Below are positions 59,858 through 64,000 of a stretch of DNA of 64,000 nt, in pieces. Position 1 is the first letter of the stretch, and each line of letters starts with the position of its first letter. Source of the DNA: Aulosira sp. ZfuVER01 (GTDB lineage Bacteria; Cyanobacteriota; Cyanobacteriia; Cyanobacteriales; Nostocaceae); contig JAVRCV020000043.1 in assembly GCA_034530615.2 (NCBI GenBank), positions 32,001 to 96,000 on the forward strand. Direction: 5' to 3'. Made by a program: the position numbers and the translations under genes. Below the pieces are notes generated by a model. That model worked only from the letters and a program-made list of their open reading frames with translations. It had not been told where the DNA came from and did no database searches.

Positions 59858-60757
59858 CTACTCGTTAATCCGTAATCCGTAAAAAGCTTTGAGTACCATT
59901 GGCAGACGCCGATGCCAGGATTCTTCTGTGTGATCCCCAATCGGATCTTCATAAGTAAACAGTTCTCGATCCTGCACATAGCCGAACTTTTGATTGAGCA
60001 GAAGATCTCTCATTTCTCGTCCCCTCTTGGTAGCATGTTTCTCAATCCACCAGTTGTGTTCGCCTCCATCCCGCACCAGTCCCCAATCCAGCCATACTCT
60101 AGGTCTGATAGTTTTGTCATACAGGGTTTTAGAGGTTAGCTCGATCAGACTTGAGTTTGCGAGGGAGGCGAACACTCCTAATCCGGTGTCGAGTCCTACC
60201 CAAAAGGATGGGGATAAAGCGGCGACATTCTTAAAGCTATCGGGTTTGCAACAGCCAATATAGAATGCAGCTAGTCCACCGTGGGATGAACCCAGAATTG
60301 TAGTTTCCTGTGCTTGAGGTAGAGTCCGGTAATTGCGATCGATAAAAGGCTTAACATAGTCACTTAGATACTGGGCGTAATCTTTAAGTCCGCAACAGGG
60401 ACGGTATAAAACTGGCTCATGGGTATACTCACGATCGCGGTTAAGAGGACAAACCGCTACGACTATCAGCTTGCGGATGGCATTTTCACCATAAAGTGTG
60501 CTTAGTACCTCTGCTGTCCACCAAGATTTGTTCGCTAGTCCTCCTGGGAAGAAGGCAGTATCTCCATCGTTCATGTAAACAACAGGATAATGCTCTCCCA
60601 CGCTTTCATACTCCCGTGGCAGAAACACATGGACCTTTCGCGGTGCATCGTTTACCCCTGCTACTTGAAAGCGATCGTAAGTATGAAAGAAACCTGCAAA
60701 GTGACCCAAATCGTGAAACCAAGCTTTCTGACCTGCTTTCTCAAATGGAATAGCCAT
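59858..60757 (-). CDS. Putative esterase (Fes/IroE-like alpha/beta hydrolase)
   Basis: YPVVYMNDG, KPFID..YRT, GSSHGG, LSPSFW, HTEESW. Confidence 0.85.
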   Translation of the reverse strand: MAIPFEKAGQKAWFHDLGHFAGFFHTYDRFQVAGVNDAPRKVHVFLPREYESVGEHYPVVYMNDGDTAFFPGGLANKSWWTAEVLSTLYGENAIRKLIVVAVCPLNRDREYTHEPVLYRPCCGLKDYAQYLSDYVKPFIDRNYRTLPQAQETTILGSSHGGLAAFYIGCCKPDSFKNVAALSPSFWVGLDTGLGVFASLANSSLIELTSKTLYDKTIRPRVWLDWGLVRDGGEHNWWIEKHATKRGREMRDLLLNQKFGYVQDRELFTYEDPIGDHTEESWHRRLPMVLKAFYGLRINE

Positions 60758-60795
60758 AGTTACCCTTTATTTACGTATTCCTGTGCGATCGCCCA

Positions 60796-61869
60796 TTAGC
60801 TGGAACGGTCAGGATCGGCACTGAGGCGTCCCTGATTGACCGTCTTGAGATAATAGCCTGTGGTGGGTCGGTTTTTCAGGTCAAATTTTTGACCATCGCT
60901 CGCTTTCCAGATTTTAAATTTGGAGAAACTGAGCGATTGACCTGGCTCACACCTGTCAGGTGAGCGATCGCCTAAGACAAAGTAGACTGGCCCTTTTCCC
61001 ATGACCTGAGCCATGCCATCGCGATTAACAACCAGCGAAGTGGCTTCTGGAAGGCCAATGCCCAAGACCTCATCTGCCATGCCATCACGGATTTGACGGG
61101 CAATGAATGCCATCAAGCGACCCATGCGATCGTGTGTATCAAAGTGCGTGTCGATGATTGTGCCCTTGAGAGTTGTCCAGTTGAATAAGTCATTAGTAAA
61201 ACTAATATCTCTATAGGGATCGCTTAAAGCATCGTCACTGGTGATGTTCTTTCGTCCTTGTAAACAAGCATTGTAGATAAACTCACTTTGGATCATGGCA
61301 CCGGCACTAGTACCACCAATTCCACCCCCACGTGCATAGACTGATTTCACGGCGTCTTCCAGTCCATTACGCTGGAAATTTCGAGCATAGTTGCACTGGT
61401 CGCCTCCAGCAAAGAAAATTACCTCCGCTTGGCGGATGCGCTTGACGACATCTGGCTGATTGGCATCTTCCCGACTGCCAATCACCAAAGTTTCCACGGA
61501 ATCGACCCCTTGCATATCCAGAATCGGCTGATTGTAAGCATCATCGTCGCTGGGATCGTCATCAGGCGAGCGAATCACCACCACATCTACTTTAGTGGCG
61601 CAATTGCTACACCCCCTCACCTGATTAATCATCCACTGAATTGCGGGATCGACATCAGTCCCCCCACCGCCTAAGTCAGAAACCATGCCAGATAGGGGTG
61701 GATTTACATCAGCAGAATTACCTTTGAGGTATTGCATGACTTTAGCCTCTGCTGATGAGGGAAAGGCTGCGATCGCAACAAGTACAACTAGGACAAACAA
61801 CCAAAATGATTTCGCCAAATACTTGAATCGGATTGTGGGGAAATCAGACTCTTTGATGTTCGCACTCAT
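60796..61869 (-). CDS. Secreted cyanophycinase-like peptidase (family S51)
   Basis: Signal peptide (...SSAEA|K), GGG, AGGDQ, GGTSAGA, IDTHF...RMGRL. Confidence 0.85.
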   Translation of the reverse strand: MSANIKESDFPTIRFKYLAKSFWLFVLVVLVAIAAFPSSAEAKVMQYLKGNSADVNPPLSGMVSDLGGGGTDVDPAIQWMINQVRGCSNCATKVDVVVIRSPDDDPSDDDAYNQPILDMQGVDSVETLVIGSREDANQPDVVKRIRQAEVIFFAGGDQCNYARNFQRNGLEDAVKSVYARGGGIGGTSAGAMIQSEFIYNACLQGRKNITSDDALSDPYRDISFTNDLFNWTTLKGTIIDTHFDTHDRMGRLMAFIARQIRDGMADEVLGIGLPEATSLVVNRDGMAQVMGKGPVYFVLGDRSPDRCEPGQSLSFSKFKIWKASDGQKFDLKNRPTTGYYLKTVNQGRLSADPDRSS

Positions 61870-61881
61870 AGTGCGTTCCTC

Positions 61882-62811
61882 CTAATCTCCAGGTGGAAAA
61901 TCCGCCAATTGATTTGCATCCGTAATTACGATTTGAGGCTTTCCATTCGCATTTGCTGGATAAAGACTCGCGGTTCCTGAGACATACACATAACCTCGAC
62001 CAGAGTTGGCATAGCGGGTTTCAATCAGCCGCAAGATAGTCTGAGCCGCTACCGAATCCTTATCTGGAATCCACAAATTAAACTTTTGAAATTGTGACCC
62101 TGCATAGATCAGGGCACCATTTCCTGTCCATTGATTAATACCTGATTGCAGGTCGCAGAACACAGTAACTTCGCTACCCGCTTTCGCAGCTTCCAGCAAA
62201 CGATTGTAGTCTAGACGCACCGATAGCACCCCAGCTTGAATGCCAAAGTACCGATAGTCCTGTACCACACTGTCCCGCAGATGCCACCAAGGAATCAGCG
62301 TCGTGTAGTCCCTGCGATTACCACCCCCATTAGTTGCCGGATTCCAGATCGCCAGTCCTTTCGCTTGAGCATCAGACTCCGCTTCGACAAACTGACGGTG
62401 ATAGAGGCGAGAACGACCGTATTTAACAAAGTAGGGACTCCACCCTTCCCGCACGATGCGCACATTGGAATTTTCCTGCTCTGTGGCTTTGTAGACATAA
62501 CAGAGCAACCGCCCATAGTTGTCTCGATGTTTAACCAGGCAAACCTGGACAGGGTCATTAGTGTCAAATTCAAGATTCACCCGGACATCACCGATGGGCA
62601 TCCCTTGCTCATTTGCGCCAAAATACTGCTTCGCCCATTTTGATGCCAAAATACCAGCATTAGTAACAGGCTTATCGCCTCCATGCTGGCTTTCTTCAGT
62701 GTCAAGACAAACAAACCGAATCGATTCTTGCTCGTTATCCAGGAGTACTTTGATTGTGTCACCATCAATGACTTTGATGAGTTTCAGGTTTTTGATAACT
62801 GTGCCTTTCAT
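61882..62811 (-). CDS. Thermonuclease (SNase) family protein with C-terminal extension
   Basis: VIDGDTIKV, IRFVCLDTEE, RDNYGRLLCYVY, A.AKGLAIW. Confidence 0.9.
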   Translation of the reverse strand: MKGTVIKNLKLIKVIDGDTIKVLLDNEQESIRFVCLDTEESQHGGDKPVTNAGILASKWAKQYFGANEQGMPIGDVRVNLEFDTNDPVQVCLVKHRDNYGRLLCYVYKATEQENSNVRIVREGWSPYFVKYGRSRLYHRQFVEAESDAQAKGLAIWNPATNGGGNRRDYTTLIPWWHLRDSVVQDYRYFGIQAGVLSVRLDYNRLLEAAKAGSEVTVFCDLQSGINQWTGNGALIYAGSQFQKFNLWIPDKDSVAAQTILRLIETRYANSGRGYVYVSGTASLYPANANGKPQIVITDANQLADFPPGD

Positions 62812-63067
62812 GCACTCCTCTCTTTGTTCATGAACAATGAAATGAGGGATTAAGATTGGTTGTTATTCTGGGTGTAGCACTAGATTTAATTTGTGTTGGG
62901 ATCGCTGTTTCTCTTGTACTTCAGATTTGCGATCGCGTTATTGCACAGTTAATCCGGTCAGTGAAGTTTTAACTCTAGTTTGATTCTGGCGATCGCGTCC
63001 TTGTGAAGGAATAGCTCAGTACGTTCTCCTAATTAGCGATCGCACAGGCTCAACTTAACTTCAAAAC

Positions 63068-64000
63068 TCAGGGATGATTGATCAAAATCAAAAATTCGGA
63101 TGCTGGAATCGGTTGGATTTCGACATAGGTAGTCCCATCTTGTTGCTGTACTGATAACGTTGACCCCACTTGGTGAGGGCCTGTGTAATTCGGATTTGCC
63201 ACTTCAGCCGTATTCAGAATCACTGTCATAGAACTTCCAATGGGGCTGAGATTGGCATCTACCAAAACTCTCGCTCCCCGCTTATCTATTCCATGACTAT
63301 TCAGCACGCAAACCGCCTCTTCATCATCTAAAATTCGTGACCAGCTAATAATTTCTCCACTCCGTCCATGATGACCAAAAGGCAAGTTCAAGAAAGGAAT
63401 TGCGATTGGTCGCAAATACTGCCGTCCCAATCGCAGTACCGGAAACTGTTTGCGGATTGCTGCCATTGCTGCAATCCGGACATAGGCAGGGTGATTTGGA
63501 TCGAAACAATGAGCACCCGCTGTCCCAAAAGGCCCAAAACCAGGTAAGTCTCGATCGAGGGTTTGCAGTCCCGCTACGCCAGATTGCCGGGGATGTTCAG
63601 GCCCAAACATTGCCTCTCGTAAATAGCGATCTGACCCCTTCCAGTCGGGCAACCACTTCCGTTCCGAAGGTTCTGGCCCTGCTAATGCCAGCTCAGTTCC
63701 AGCGTAAATGCAGGGAACCCCCAATGTGAACAGTTGCAATGCCACTCCCGCAATCACCTGATGATCCGATGCAGCTTCGCTGGAAAAGCGGATTTTTTCA
63801 CCGAAAACATGATCGTGATCGTCCAAAATTGAAACATGACGCCGTCCAAGATTCCGGTGCGACCCCATTACAGCGTTCCCTGGATCAAACCCGTTAAAGT
63901 AGGCTCTTGGGTCTATCAGCCCTTTGGCAACCTGGTTAAGATTTCCCCGCATCTCGCCGATATCCAGGGCAGCATTTAAGTTTTGCCCCACTACATCCAG
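63068..64000 (-). CDS. GH13 alpha-amylase-family protein, C-terminal part (5' end outside window)
   Basis: ILDDHD region IV, GVPCIYAGTE, YLREAMFG, IRKQFPVLR; frame open to window end. Confidence 0.85.
   Translation of the reverse strand: MDVVGQNLNAALDIGEMRGNLNQVAKGLIDPRAYFNGFDPGNAVMGSHRNLGRRHVSILDDHDHVFGEKIRFSSEAASDHQVIAGVALQLFTLGVPCIYAGTELALAGPEPSERKWLPDWKGSDRYLREAMFGPEHPRQSGVAGLQTLDRDLPGFGPFGTAGAHCFDPNHPAYVRIAAMAAIRKQFPVLRLGRQYLRPIAIPFLNLPFGHHGRSGEIISWSRILDDEEAVCVLNSHGIDKRGARVLVDANLSPIGSSMTVILNTAEVANPNYTGPHQVGSTLSVQQQDGTTYVEIQPIPASEFLILINHP

Noticed and set aside
1..64000. Very frequent GCGATCGC octamers and many short antisense ORFs inside long genes
   Set aside because: HIP1 is a well-known cyanobacterial feature; the antisense ORFs are codon-bias shadows

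Overview
Chromosomal segment of a filamentous heterocyst-forming cyanobacterium (Nostocales-like). Evidence: abundant HIP1 octamers GCGATCGC, heptameric STRR tandem repeats, and gene order resembling Nostoc/Anabaena PCC 7120. The backbone is housekeeping: pgi, natC/natA, hemA, glpX, grxC-tadA-plsC, bolA-grxD, sigC-furA-(alr1690-like)-cobN-cikA, nanE-ackA, ftsH3, uvsE, an Hsp70, a P-type ATPase and hoxEF. Accessory patches interrupt it. (1) At the left edge, a putative modification-reading nuclease (DUF1802/ASCH-like + PD-(D/E)xK), followed by a small cassette bracketed by a HIP1-anchored duplication of that gene's 3' end. (2) Duplicated ArsR-DUF2087 regulators, each with a triple-palindrome operator array, plus a truncated HIT gene. 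(3) A ~170-bp IS200/IS605-like relic retaining ends and an omegaRNA-like scaffold. (4) A ~3-kb island after the DUF981 gene, again flanked by duplicated 3'-end fragments, carrying a DUF6887-like gene, a hybrid kinase and an unannotated cheR pseudogene. (5) An IS701-like fragment. (6) Downstream of hoxF, a six-repeat C4 zinc-finger protein, a RetSat/CrtI-like oxidoreductase and a co-oriented four-hydrolase cluster (GH13, thermonuclease, secreted cyanophycinase-like S51, esterase). No rRNA, tRNA or CRISPR array was recognised. Family names come from motif recognition by eye, not from database searches.
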